64,000 bases of DNA from contig MU055864.1 of NCBI GenBank assembly GCA_013239625.1, positions 5,997,083 to 6,061,082 of the forward strand, written 5' to 3'. The position numbers were made by a program, and so were the translations under genes. Positions 40,101 to 51,996 of this stretch are shown in pieces. Source of the stretch: Lama guanicoe. Its lineage: Eukaryota. Position 1 is the first letter of the stretch, and the number at the start of each line of letters is the position of its first letter. The notes beneath the pieces are model-generated. The model had not been told where the DNA came from, did not search any database, and saw only the letters and a program-made list of their open reading frames with translations.

Positions 40101-41162
40101 AATCTTTTTCTTGTAGCTAAGATCCAGAAGCACAAACTGAAAATAATGAATCTTCATTTTTAATTCATTATCTAATTCATTTTAATTTAAAAATCATTGG
40201 AATTTTTTTTTTTTTGGTCCTCCTACCCTGACTGGAGCAGGGGTGGTCATTAAAAATCACGAACTCAGATACCTCTTTCTGTTGTTGGTTTGTCTTTCTT
40301 CAGATACTTATTAAAATGAATCCTCATTTAAACATCAGGATGTAGACAATCCATTCTGTGAATGTTTTGTTTCTCAGTAAGAAGAAAAGAAAAAGAAACC
40401 GTTTCCATAGTAACCCTGAGTGTGACTAAACTGTACAACTTCCTAAGACTTACATATGCGCAAGAATAGACAACGGAAAGGAGAAGCTGGAAGAAGTGAC
40501 TTGTGACCGTCAGCCTTTACCTCTCTGAGTTTCCCACACACACATTATCCCAAATGGACTGAGGTTCTCATCCTCTTTGCAGCATCTCCACCCTGCTCTC
40601 CCAGGATGCTTGGTTAAAGGAAAAGACACTACCACAGAATTATCCTCAACATACAAAGTTTAAGAAGTGTGGTCACACTTTATGTGGGTTTCACACCCAA
40701 ATAGGGAGTTCTAGCACTTACTCCTTCTATAACACGCACCTCTTTAATCAGTCCCTTACAACTCATTCCCCCTTCATTCACTACCAGACCAACTGCTAAA
40801 AAATTTTAAAATGTGTATCTGGTTCTTAAAAAGTTGGAGAAAGGGAAGACACTGTATCTAAAATCTGCACTTACTAAAATATTTGCCCTCTGTTTCCTAC
40901 CCCTGATTTGTCAGAAAGAAGTCTTCTTTCTCCCCTATGTCTGCCATTTTTAAATACTTCAGCCCAAAAAGTTCCTGCTGTTGCTAAGAGCAGCAGAAGT
41001 TTCCTTGTTTAGACAAACTAAGTATATGTGTGTCTTATACTTAAAATAAACATAACAACAGATAATACTTTTTAAAAAATATTGTCTGGCCAATCAATGA
41101 TGATGGCAGGGATGTGGTCATAAAATTATTTTTTTTATTTATGTATTTATTTAGTCTCATGT

Positions 41163-41188
41163 ACACACACACACACACACACACACAC
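41163..41188. repeat. (AC)13 microsatellite
   Basis: Read directly. Confidence 0.98.
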
Positions 41189-42129
41189 GCTACGTGCCAG
41201 TGTATGTCTGTTACATACGCATATTTCATATAAGCGCTAAGACGTAAGTACTATTTTTGTTCCCTTTATCTAACTAAAAAGCTTAAAATTTAGAAACTTA
41301 GATAACAGCCGTTCGACCAGTGAATGGCAGAAGCCATGTATGCCTCACTTGAAAGCTCAAACTCTACTCCCACACCATTTGGCTTCTCCAAACATCCAGA
41401 TCCTTTCTGAAGGGAAAAGGGTTGTTAAGGTTCTAATTCAAATTCATTCAGTTATTATCACTTAACTACTAGTTGAGTGCTTGTTAATGCTAGTAATCTA
41501 AGGTAATTAACTCAAAGTCCTTCCTCCCTCTTGGAAACACTCCCCTACACCTACCTGTAAGTGTGAAATATAAGCTGCAACCTTGTGCATGCACATGTGT
41601 GTAGATCACTCTCTTCTGCAGTTACATTACACGTCAACACATACACATCAAATGGTTCCTAATGGTGATACAATAATTACGGAAAAGGAAAACTCGCACC
41701 AGCATTCCTCTCCCTCATCCTGCCACCACCATGTGCTCCTGTGTCACAATTCTTCCTGCATCTTCACCTTCTCCTTTTGAGAGGTCTGATGTCTGAATCA
41801 GCTCACAGTTTGGATAATCAGAATGAGAGTCTTCTTACAGATACAGCTTCCTATTAGACCACAGACATGGCATATTAGCCAACCAACCGGCAACAGGAAA
41901 GAGCACTTGACATTTATAATCACCTGCAACAAGTCAGAAATCAACATTTTTTACACAATATCACACAAGAGATATTTTATAATCTTCCTCTTGCACTTTC
42001 TCTCTCTTCTGTCTCTCTTGGAACAGAAGCTCTTTGAAGTTAAGAACTGTATCTTGCCATAGTTTTAAAGGCACAAATATGAAGAGTCTAATTCATGTTA
42101 TGGTTTCTGACTGAGGCTACAATCTACCC

Positions 42130-42945
42130 AGTAATTCAAAGAACCTAGAAGCCATTCTTTACTTCTCCCCTTTCCTCACGCTGTATATGTGATTTAACAG
42201 TAAACCTATCACTCGACTTCCAAAACACGTCCCAAAACACATCTATTCACTTCTCTCCATTTCCACCTTCACCTCTTGCTGCCGATATACTACAAGAGCC
42301 TCTTGACAGGCCCCCTCTGCTTCCATTCTTGCCCTCCACAGTCCATTCATTCTCTTTCCCTCTTATTTATTTGTTTGTTTGTTTGTTTAAATAGAGGTGT
42401 TGGAGATTGAACCCAGGACTTCATGCATGCTAAGCATGTGCTTTACCGCTGAGCTAAACCCTCCGCCACTTACAATCCATTCTCTACACAACAGCCAATG
42501 TGAGATCACGCAACTTTCTGGAAGAGAATTCTTTAATGCCTCGCCATTATGCCAATAACAAAATCCAGACTCCTTATCCTATTCTATAACATAAGACCCC
42601 TGTCTTCTCTGACTCCACACCCCTCATTCTAGTCTTAGGCTCTCATATTCCCTTCTCCCACTATCTGGAAAGCTCCTCCCACCAGATCCTCAAATAATCA
42701 AATACTTCTTTTACTGAAGTATCCATTTAAAGTTCTCCTTCTCAGAGTCAGCCCTCGCCATCATTCTGTGTCATTTCACTTCTGTATCATAGCATGATGA
42801 TCAGGTATTTTCTTTCTTCTCTACTTACTTATCATCCCCAGTGTAAGCCCCACTCAGAGAGGAAAACTGGACTTCTTCTCTGCTGTATCCCAGTGCATAA
42901 AACATGCACCTGACACCCAAACGGTACTTAATAAATGCTTGCCGG
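42130..42945 (+). mobile_element. L2 3' region (host of SINE copy 5)
   Basis: cacttctctccatttccacc...ctgcttccattcttgccc; 3' end tgctgtatcccagtgc...cctgacac...ggtacttaataaatg. Confidence 0.75.
42355..42467 (-). mobile_element. tRNA-derived camelid SINE, copy 5 (inserted in L2)
   Basis: gattgaacccaggac...catgcatgctaagcatg...ctgagctaaaccctcc, (TTTG)n tail, TSD-like aca(g/a)tccattc. Confidence 0.85.
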
Positions 42946-43189
42946 CTTTAGAACAGTGACTTATCAATTGTGTGGCTGTTTAATATACAAGACTGTTAAA
43001 GTCAATACCTATTAATCTTTTTGTTATTGTTTCAATCAAAATAACCTGTCATTGGCACACCTGTTAAGTTATATATATTTTTATTTACATCTTTATCCAT
43101 GTTTGTCTAAGAATTTATAACTCTGACTAGTTCCAAAAGGAATATAAAGCAGCTATTACACTGCATTTGGCATAAAAGATCAAAACATC

Positions 43190-43560
43190 TCCATGTAGGA
43201 CACAGTATAAAATACCTGACCAGTACTTCCCCTCAACTGTCAAGGCTATGAAAGGAAAGACTAAAACGCCATCACAGATCAGGGGAGAAAAATGAGAAAC
43301 CAAATACACTGTGCTACCCTGTATTAAGACCCTGGGACAGAAAGAGGACATTAATGGAAAAACTGGTGAAACCCAAATAAATTATGGAGTTTGGTCAGAG
43401 TAATGTACTAACATCGGTTTCTCATTTTGACAAGTGTACCATGGTAATATAAGATGATTGGGAAGTCAGGTGAGAGGTATATGGAAACAATCCACATTGT
43501 CTTTGCAATTTTTCTATAAATAGAAGATTACTCCAAAACAAAAAATTTACTTAAAAAAAT
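43190..43560 (+). mobile_element. L1MB/L1MC-type 3' end
   Basis: aaatacctgaccagtac...actgtcaagg; ggacattaatggaaaaactggtgaaa; tgacaagtgtaccatggtaatataagatg; ctttgcaatttttct. Confidence 0.75.
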
Positions 43561-44359
43561 CAATATCTCCATATAGAAAGAAATTTAAAATGCACTTTGA
43601 CCATAGTTCGGCATTTTATTCTGAACAGAGTGTGGGCCATTGACTTATTGCTTTGAACTCATACAACCACTTAATGGTAAAAGCACAATATTATTTTTAT
43701 TTAATATTTGTTTCCTCACATTTGCAACCACAATGTAATTTGAAAACTAGGCAGACGTACTTGTTGCCTCCAATATCATGTTAATTCTACGTGCAAGTCT
43801 GAAGGACAAGTGTCATCCTTCCCACTTTCCCTAGTAGGAGTACTGGCCTATAGATTTAGAACTTCCATTTGCCTGCTAGGTTAGTCTTATTAACCTAAAC
43901 TCTGTCCATTGCTTCTTCTCTAAAAAGAGAAACTAACGTTCCTAAGTGTTCCTAAAATCATCAGAGAATGCAGTTTTTCCCTGATAATTCAAATGTGATC
44001 AGTATTTCAAAAAGACTTTCTAGACATTATTCTCTAATTTTTTGTTAACTGTTCAACAGAGTCATTCCTTTTCACTCACTTGACAAATAATTACATCATG
44101 CAGTAGTCTGATTCACACTGAACTTGGACAACAAACTGGATTATAAATTCAAAAATATGAAAGCAAATTCAACTGTAAGGCTTCTGCACCCCAGAGAGGT
44201 TTCATCATTACATAAACACACCCAAAAGCAAGGCACAAAGTATACTGCCATCCAACCCACTGTACGTAATTCCACAAATGTGATGCAGAAACATCCTCAC
44301 ACACAGCACTTAAAATACCAGCATTTCTTTATCTTATTTATCACATTATCCTGGTTTCC

Positions 44360-44362
<3 letters not shown>

Positions 44363-44390
<28 letters not shown>
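44363..44390. repeat. (AC)14 microsatellite
   Basis: Read directly. Confidence 0.98.
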
Positions 44391-44394
<4 letters not shown>

Positions 44395-44901
44395 GTATTT
44401 TGTTTCTTTGGTCATGGTAATCTTATTTAATCAGAGGTCTATAAAATGGTAAAAATAACTGAGATGAAAAAAAATTAAATAATTCAAGAGGCAGAATTTG
44501 AAAAGGTGAAAAAAGAGATGATATACTAGACTGTTTATAAGAAAAAATGGTCAGAGGAAAAGGGGAAATTTCTAACAATTCTCTAGGTATTTTGTGGTTT
44601 TGTAATTGTCCTGCCCTGGGCCAGTCCCTTAGATATCCTCAGTCTCATGTTCCTTCCCTATAATATTAAGACAATAATGCCAGTCTACACACTGAATTTT
44701 TTAAGTACAAACAAAACTGGCAAATAAAATACAATTTTAAAAAAGCTACTTTCCACCAAAATGAGCTTTTAAAAAACTAAAAGTTGCTAGCTACTGGCAG
44801 TATCTGAAAAAAAAAAATTGAGTGTATAACTATATTTTGTAAAGCAGAAAGCAACTCTTTAGCCAGCCAGAAGCTAAACAGAATTCTTGTTAAGTGCTTA
44901 C

Positions 44902-45027
44902 CTTGGAGACTTGTCGAAGCCATCTTAAATACTCTGTGAACGTATCAAAACAAATGTAGTAAGTCTGGCTTTGGGGTCCAGAGGAGCTAAATGCTAAACA
45001 GTGCTGGTGCTTTTTCACTTCTTCTAC
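44902..45027 (-). CDS. PHLPP1: PHLPP1 exon 3 (126 nt), C-terminal part of PH domain
   Basis: Not in ORF track; read manually. Acceptor tttttatag|GTA GAA, donor TCC AAG|gtaagc; [42 protein letters not shown] including the Trp of the PH C-terminal helix; phase 0 to 0. Confidence 0.97.
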
Positions 45028-47727
45028 CTATAAAAATAAACAAGGAGCGACAAAAACAAGTCAGAAAGCAGAACATTTGCATAGCTCGTTAGCTTTACCT
45101 TAGATCAGTGAGTCTGCTCAGATTTGCATCTATCCCTGCGTGTGTTCCTCTTATGACTTAAAACATGTAAGTTCCTGAGTCTGACCAACCAATGTGAATT
45201 ACAAGGAACCAAAATGGGGGGCGTTTTACCCTCATCAGATTTCCCCATAATAGTGAAATTATCTTTTTCCTGTTTAAAATGGGAACAGACTCCGTTTCTT
45301 ATCCTTCTGTACCCTCCTGATAGGGTGCTGGGGTTTTTACTTTCTTGTAGGAGTCTTTTTTTTACTTAACATTTTACTTAAGAATTCTACTTTAGGTGAA
45401 TTTTTACTTAGGGGACTTTTGTATTACTCTGAATTACAGTCTTTTTTTAAAAAGAGGACTTCAAGCATGTAAAATAAGTTTTTTAAAAATTTTCTTGTAA
45501 AATTGAGATTAACCTGAAATAAAACCCCACCATGAGAAATTTCAAGTCCTAGTAATGCAGTGATATAGTCAAATTAAATTTCCACTCCTAGTAAATTCTT
45601 CAGAAGGAGAAAAAGTCCAAACAATAAAGCAACATGACATTACACAAACTCACATGTTTCATAGGCTGAATGTTTCCTGTATTTCATTTACAAAAACGCC
45701 CACTTCACAAAGAAAGTGTAAAAAACTTCAAAAAATCAGTATCACACAAACTACGTTCTGGGATCAAAATAAAATTAAGTTAAAAATCAATAATTAAAAA
45801 AAGAAAGAAAGAAAGAAAATATGTGGGATACCCTGTAGAAAAGAGTTTAGAGGAAAATATCAAATTTCATTAAAAAAGACTAGAACTTTTTAATCCCAGA
45901 TGAATAGTTTGGATAATAAGACAAAGAATAAAAAATTCAATGTTAAAAAAAACCATAATAAGTAAATCAATTAAAAATCTGCATATGTTTAGAAAGTTAA
46001 TAATACACTTCTAAACAACTCACAGATAAAAAAATAAATTGTAATCAAAATTTAGAAATTCTTGGAACTAAACCACTAAAAAATACTACATATTGAAATG
46101 TATGGAATGCAACAAAAACAGGTACATAGAGGGAAATTTATGATTTTAAGTACTCAGAAAAGGCAGAAAATTAATTTGATTGGCATGTATCTCAAGAACT
46201 TAGGGAAAGAAATATTAAAAACAAAAACTGAGTGAAAAAGTAAAATGAAGGTGATAATAAAAAGCAGAAACTAATGACATGAAAACCAAATACACAACAG
46301 AAAACATTAACAAAGCAAAACATTGATTCTTTGAAAAGGCTAACAAAACTGAGTATCAAATGATATTGATCAATGATATCAGCTGAAGATACAGTTGATA
46401 TAAGGTATAAATAACATAGAAGATATAAATAATATTAACAATGAGAAGGGAGATACCATAGATTAAGCAGGATTTTAAAAAGATTGTTATAAACAATTTG
46501 TGGTAAATTTTTAGAAAAATATATTTTACCAACACCCAAACAAGGGAAAAAAAAAAAGAAGGCCTAAGTAGTCCTATTACCGTTTAAAAAGTTGAATGAA
46601 TTTTTTTTAATTATCAAGAAAATATCAGGCCCATATCATTTTATAGGTGAGTTTTACCAATTCTAAGAAATAGATCATTCCAAACTTGTGCAAACTCATC
46701 CACCAAAGTAAAAAAGAAGAAAAACACCCCAACCCATTCTATGAGGATACTATAACCAAAAACAGATCAGAACACTAAGAGAAAGGAATCTACAGGCCAA
46801 CCTTAGTCATGAACACACACATTAACAGATTAAAGAAAACCATATGATCTTCCCCACAGTGGCAGAAAAAGCATTTGATAATATTCACCATCCATTCATG
46901 ATAAAACAAAAACAAAAACAAAAACAAACCTCTTTAGCAAACTAAGAACACAAATAACTCACTTAAACCAACAAAGGATATTTATTGAACATCTAAGGCA
47001 AACGTCAATGTTAATGATACCACTCTCTTTAAGATCACTGATAAGACAAGTATCTACTTTTCCTGTTCAATACTGTACCAGAATCCTGGTCATTACCATA
47101 AGACAAAGAAATGTATTAAGAAAGAAAAGAAGTTGTCATTATTTGAATATGAGATGATTAGCTACACAGCAAACTCCAAAAAATCTAGACATTATATTAG
47201 AATGCATAAGAAAATTTAGCAAGATGGCCAGACATAAGATCAACACTCAAAAATCAACCACATTTCTATACACCAAAGAGAAAACATGATTTTTTTTAAA
47301 ATGCTATTTAATCGGAATCAAATGCTATTTGACAGAAATCAGGCAGTGTTTTTTGGGAATGGGAAGGAGGGAGTGGAAAAGCAGGAACAGAAAGGAAACA
47401 AAGGAGCACAAGGGAACTTTTGGTGATGATATGATCACTACCTTGAGTGTGGTGATGGATGTTCACAGGTGTATATATCTATCAAACTGTATTCGTGGGA
47501 ATATAATACAGCCATCAAATTGTTATCAAAATGTGCAGTTTGTTGTATATCTATTATACCTCAGAAAAGTTTGATTAAGATGCAGAGAAATGGGCATACT
47601 TGTACACTGACGTGACTATGAAATGGTGCAACAACCTTAGATAACAGTTTGACATCATCTTGTAAAAGTCAAGGTGCACATATGCCCTACAGCCCAGTGA
47701 CTGCACTCTTGAGTATGTCCCTAAGAG

Positions 47728-48330
47728 CAGTACTTCTCAAAGAGGTCATTATAGAAATTTTAGATTGAATAGTTCTTTGTGTACATTGTGCAGGACTGAT
47801 ACTCTGCATGACATTTTACTCTCTGAGCCCCAGCCCTATAAATGTCAACAGTGTCCCCTTGCAGTAAAAGATATTAGTATTAACCAAACACACTATCTAG
47901 AACCTTTGCAGTTAAGGTGGAGTCGTGACTAATTCTGGCCAAGGAGCAACAGGCAGAAGAGGAGTGTGTCACTTCTACAATCAAATACACAAAAGCCAGT
48001 TAATGACCCTCCAGTTACCTCTTCCCCTGCCTATGCAGCCAAGGAAGCCACATGTTACAAATACTATAATTATTTAAGAGAGCAGAACCTCCATCAGGCT
48101 GGGTCCCCACATAATTACTTGAAAAAAGAAATCTCCACAAACCCATACTGGACAAACAGTGTGAGTGAGAAATACATTGTTCTCTTAAGTCACTGAGATG
48201 TGGGGGGTTTTGTTACCACAACATAATTTAGCTTACATCAACTGACTATCCAATCACTTGACAATCAAAACATTTGCTAATATTAGCAAATGTCCCCTTC
48301 AGACACAGCAACAAAAGTTGAGAAATCCTG
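47728..48330. mobile_element. hAT-Charlie MITE (MER5B/MER20-like) split by an MLT1 LTR
   Basis: TIRs cagtacttctcaa (47728-47740) and ttgagaaatcctg (48318-48330), followed by ctctagaa, a Charlie-type target site. Confidence 0.6.
47870..48252 (+). mobile_element. MaLR LTR (MLT1H/J-like)
   Basis: tttgcagttaagg...gtgactaattctggccaa; gtgagtgagaaata...ttaagtcactgagat...ttgttacc.caacataa...actgacta. Confidence 0.75.
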
Positions 48331-49180
48331 CTCTAGAAAAACCACTTGTATACCAGGAAGCGTATCAAAATAAGACTATTTCAGCAGCATCACTTACAAC
48401 AAAAACCTACAAACAACCCAAATGTCCATCAACAAGAAGATTACTTAAGAAATTATGGAGATGTGGAACATTTCCAGAGTGGAACAGTGTACAAATATGA
48501 AAACCACATATAGCAAGTAACAAAATCTTATTACGAAACATAATACTGAGTGGAAAAATTCAGTCACAGAAAACCACCGCCACTGGGCATTATTACTTTT
48601 ATTCAGATCAAAAACAAGCAAAACATAGTTACATGATAAAATTTATTCCAAAAAAGTGAGAAAATGATGAATACATATGCTGGGACAGTGGATCCCTCTG
48701 GGACAGGAGGAGGCAATGGGACAGATGTGAAGAGACCTCAGGCAGAAACACTGATACTGACATAGCTGTGATTTCTAAATTGAGTAGTAAGTAAACAGTT
48801 ACTCAAATTATTACACTTTCTAACTTAATAGTAAGTAAAATATTATATAAAGTAAAATAAAGTTATCTAAAATTTTATGCTACATTTGAAAGAACAAATT
48901 AAATATAATAATTGCACAATGAATGAAAACTTATTTATTAGACTTTTTCAGCAATTAAACTTTAATAAAGCTTTACTTAACTTCACATTTGGAATTCTAC
49001 ATTTGAAAATATAAACTAATGATCACGCTCAAGTGGTGTGTTAAATTTGATTATCACAGTAATTACAGCTAGGTCATGACCCATCTATCTCACACTTCAT
49101 ATTTAGCTCTTTTTTAATATAAATTGGAAAAAAAAAAACCTCTTCCATTTACTCTCCATTTTTCCTTTAACAACAGGAGT

Positions 49181-49246
49181 AAGAAAAGAAACAAACGTTA
49201 ATGAAAACTCAGAAAGAAAAGAAACAAACATTAATGAAAACTCAGA
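49181..49246. repeat. 33-bp tandem duplication (2 copies, 1 mismatch)
   Basis: aagaaaagaaacaaac(g/a)ttaatgaaaactcaga x2. Confidence 0.95.
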
Positions 49247-50371
49247 TTGCAAAGAGTGAATTATGTTTTCCTGATTTTTAACAGATTTTAAAAGACTCGA
49301 TTTTTCCACATACTCAGTTATTTTTAAAGGCGTAGCACAGAACAGGTTTTACAAGGTTTATCTGTGAGAAAAGGAAGCTATTAACTTTCAGTGCACTCAA
49401 TGGTAGAAGTACATCCAATAATAGGCCTGGGAAACAGAACAAATCTCCAGCACTGAATGAAAATGCTAATTACAACTGGATCTCCTGACCTGATCTGAAC
49501 ATTCCACTGCTTTCCTGCCTCTGCTTCTCTGAGCACAATAATCTTTCCAACCATCTCCTTCATATGTCAAGAGAATTTTCACCCTTCAAGTTCTTCCATG
49601 CTTCATCACAAAACCCTGATTCCCCCCAACAAAATGTAATCTGCCCTTGCACTTATCTCCCACACTGCTTTCTACACCTCTCATAGAGCAGATACTACTG
49701 TGTCCATCCTTCACCTCCAGACAGTAAATTACAAGCTATTCAAATGCAGGGATGGTGCCTTACCCATCCTGGTATTTCTGAATCGTCAAGCAAGGTGGCT
49801 TCCCCACAGAGGGAAGAAATATTAATTAAATATTAATATTTAATAGAAATATTAAATTTGCCTATGCAAATGCCCAACATCATAGAGAAGAAACAGACTG
49901 TTGGTCTAACAGGGCATCAGATATTAAATGCACATTTTTAATGATGACTTATGGCAGTAATAATGATGACTAAGTTTTCAGTAATCCATCCAAAGGACAA
50001 GATCTTCAGTAATAAACTATCATTAATTTTTCAATGCTTAGATAAAAGTTAAGAAGCCACAGTTTCAAAATGAATGACTGAAATAGATCTAAAGACACTT
50101 TGCAGACTAGCCAAAATCTGTTTTCTTAAACACTGAAGTAGTAGTCTTAAAACTAGAATATATAATAGTAGAAGGCAAAAAACTGACATGGGCTGTTTAC
50201 TCATAAGGAAGGACTAGTTTAAACTTTATTTTATGGATAAAGAATGAACTTGCTACATAGCAGGTGAACAACAAAACCATTTATTGCTGTACACATCTGG
50301 TCTTTCTTAACTCTTTCATTTCTAATCCCTAGAACCAACAGATCAAATATTTGCCAGTATACTGCATAGTA

Positions 50372-50553
50372 CAGTATACTGTATAGCACAGGGAAATATA
50401 TACAAAATCTTGTGGTAGCTCACAGCCAAAAAAAAAAAAATGTGACAATGAATATACGTAAGTTCATGTATAACTGAAAAATTGTGCTGTACACTGGAAT
50501 TTGACACAACGTTGTAAAATGACTATAACTCAATAAAAAAAGTTGAAAAAAAA
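50372..50553 (+). mobile_element. Young, heavily 5'-truncated artiodactyl/camelid L1 3' end
   Basis: tatactgtatagcacagggaaatatatacaa...gttcatgtataactgaaaaattgtgctgtacactggaa...gactataactcaataaaaaa plus A tail. Confidence 0.8.
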
Positions 50554-51799
50554 GTCCCAAACTCTAAAACCCACTGAGGAGCTAAATCTGGTATCCCACG
50601 AAGCTTTTTTTTAAAAAGTCCTTTGAGCATCGGCATTACTGAGACGTCAGAGTTCCGTGTATTTGCATCTTAGGGCTGCCCAATCCTCTTAAAGTGCTCA
50701 AGGTGGAGGCAGATGTTAAAAATACAGATTCCTCAGACAAATAAATGCAAATTGAGGGACAATCACCAAACAACTGGTCTAAATGCTTCAAAATGTCAAG
50801 GTCATGAATGAAAAAAAAAAAAGCTGAGAACTGTTTCAGATTAAAAGGGACAAAAAAAGAAATGACTAAAAACAAAAAGTTCATTTTAACAAAAGTAGGT
50901 TTCTTATTTTTCCTCTCTCTCTGTTTTCCATGCTTTGTCTCCTTTCCCTCGCCTATTCAGGTGGAAAAATGATAAACAAAAACATTTTTAATATGTCCCT
51001 GATTTCCATAAATCCATTTCTTCATCCAAAACTGCCTTCTCCATTATTAACAGATTATCCTATCATTTAAAAATCAGGGAATACTGGCATATAATTATGG
51101 TAATGATATCCCTACCAATGCTTGGAGTTTATAAGTAAATCTGGCAAAGGAAAGAATGTAATATTTTCCTAAGCAATTTGTTTCTACCTTATAAATGACA
51201 GGAATAAAACAGTTAACATGCCCAAAAGAAAGCAGCCAGTGTTTTCTCCGAAATGAGTAGCATTTCAGGTTCAAAACTCATGACTAGTCGTAGTGATAGA
51301 CTGAAAGTGCTAAACCCACTGGTCACTAAACACAAATAAACAGAGAGGTAAGGCAAAGTGGGATCAGAGGCTCCTGCCAGAGAGTCCAACCTTTGATAAG
51401 CATGCCTGAATGATCCTAAAGTCATGGACTTGGGGATCATGCTACTACACTACAAAACACATGCTCATGATACCAAAATACGTCTTCTCATAAATAATAA
51501 TTTATCACCTCCAGTCTGAAATACAACAGTGACGTTATAGCTGCTCTATTTTCAGTCCCATAGGTAAGATGCACGTGCTAATGAAGTGAATATAACCAGG
51601 GCCTCACATGATTCAATGGCACTGTTATTTTCCAAAACTCTACCAACCAAAAAATGCCCCACAGGCGGAGGCACAACAGGAACCGAGTAAGGCCTCAGAC
51701 GAGTCAAAAACCATCCACCCCTTACTACAGAAATGGCTCAAAGTCAGCTCCTTAAAGACCCCAGAAAATCTTTCAATCTTTGGTTTGTGTTAAACTTAC

Positions 51800-51996
51800 T
51801 TTCCCACCAATCAGTGGCAGGACATGCATCTTTCCGGCCAAGCTGTCTTTCACAGACGAGACTATTAGGCAGGTCCCACACAGGATGACTTGGCGCCTGG
51901 TCCATCGGCTCACTGGCAACTGCATTTTGCCTTTACGGACATTATACATTCCTGAGAGCTGAATCCGTTCAGAGCTACCGGTGCTGTGAGGTTTTC
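51800..51996 (-). CDS. PHLPP1: PHLPP1 exon 2 (197 nt), N-terminal part of PH domain
   Basis: Acceptor tttgttgcag|GA AAA CCT, donor GGG AAA|gtaagt; translates (G)[65 protein letters not shown]; phase 1 to 0. Confidence 0.97.

Larger units (their letters stand above)
45650..48850 (+). mobile_element. Old L1 (L1M/L1ME) ORF2 and 3' remnants with nested insertions
   Basis: A-rich ORF2-like motifs (agagggaaattta, gcagaaaaagcatttgataa.attcac.atccattcatgataaaa, aaacaacccaaatgtccatcaac). Confidence 0.75.
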
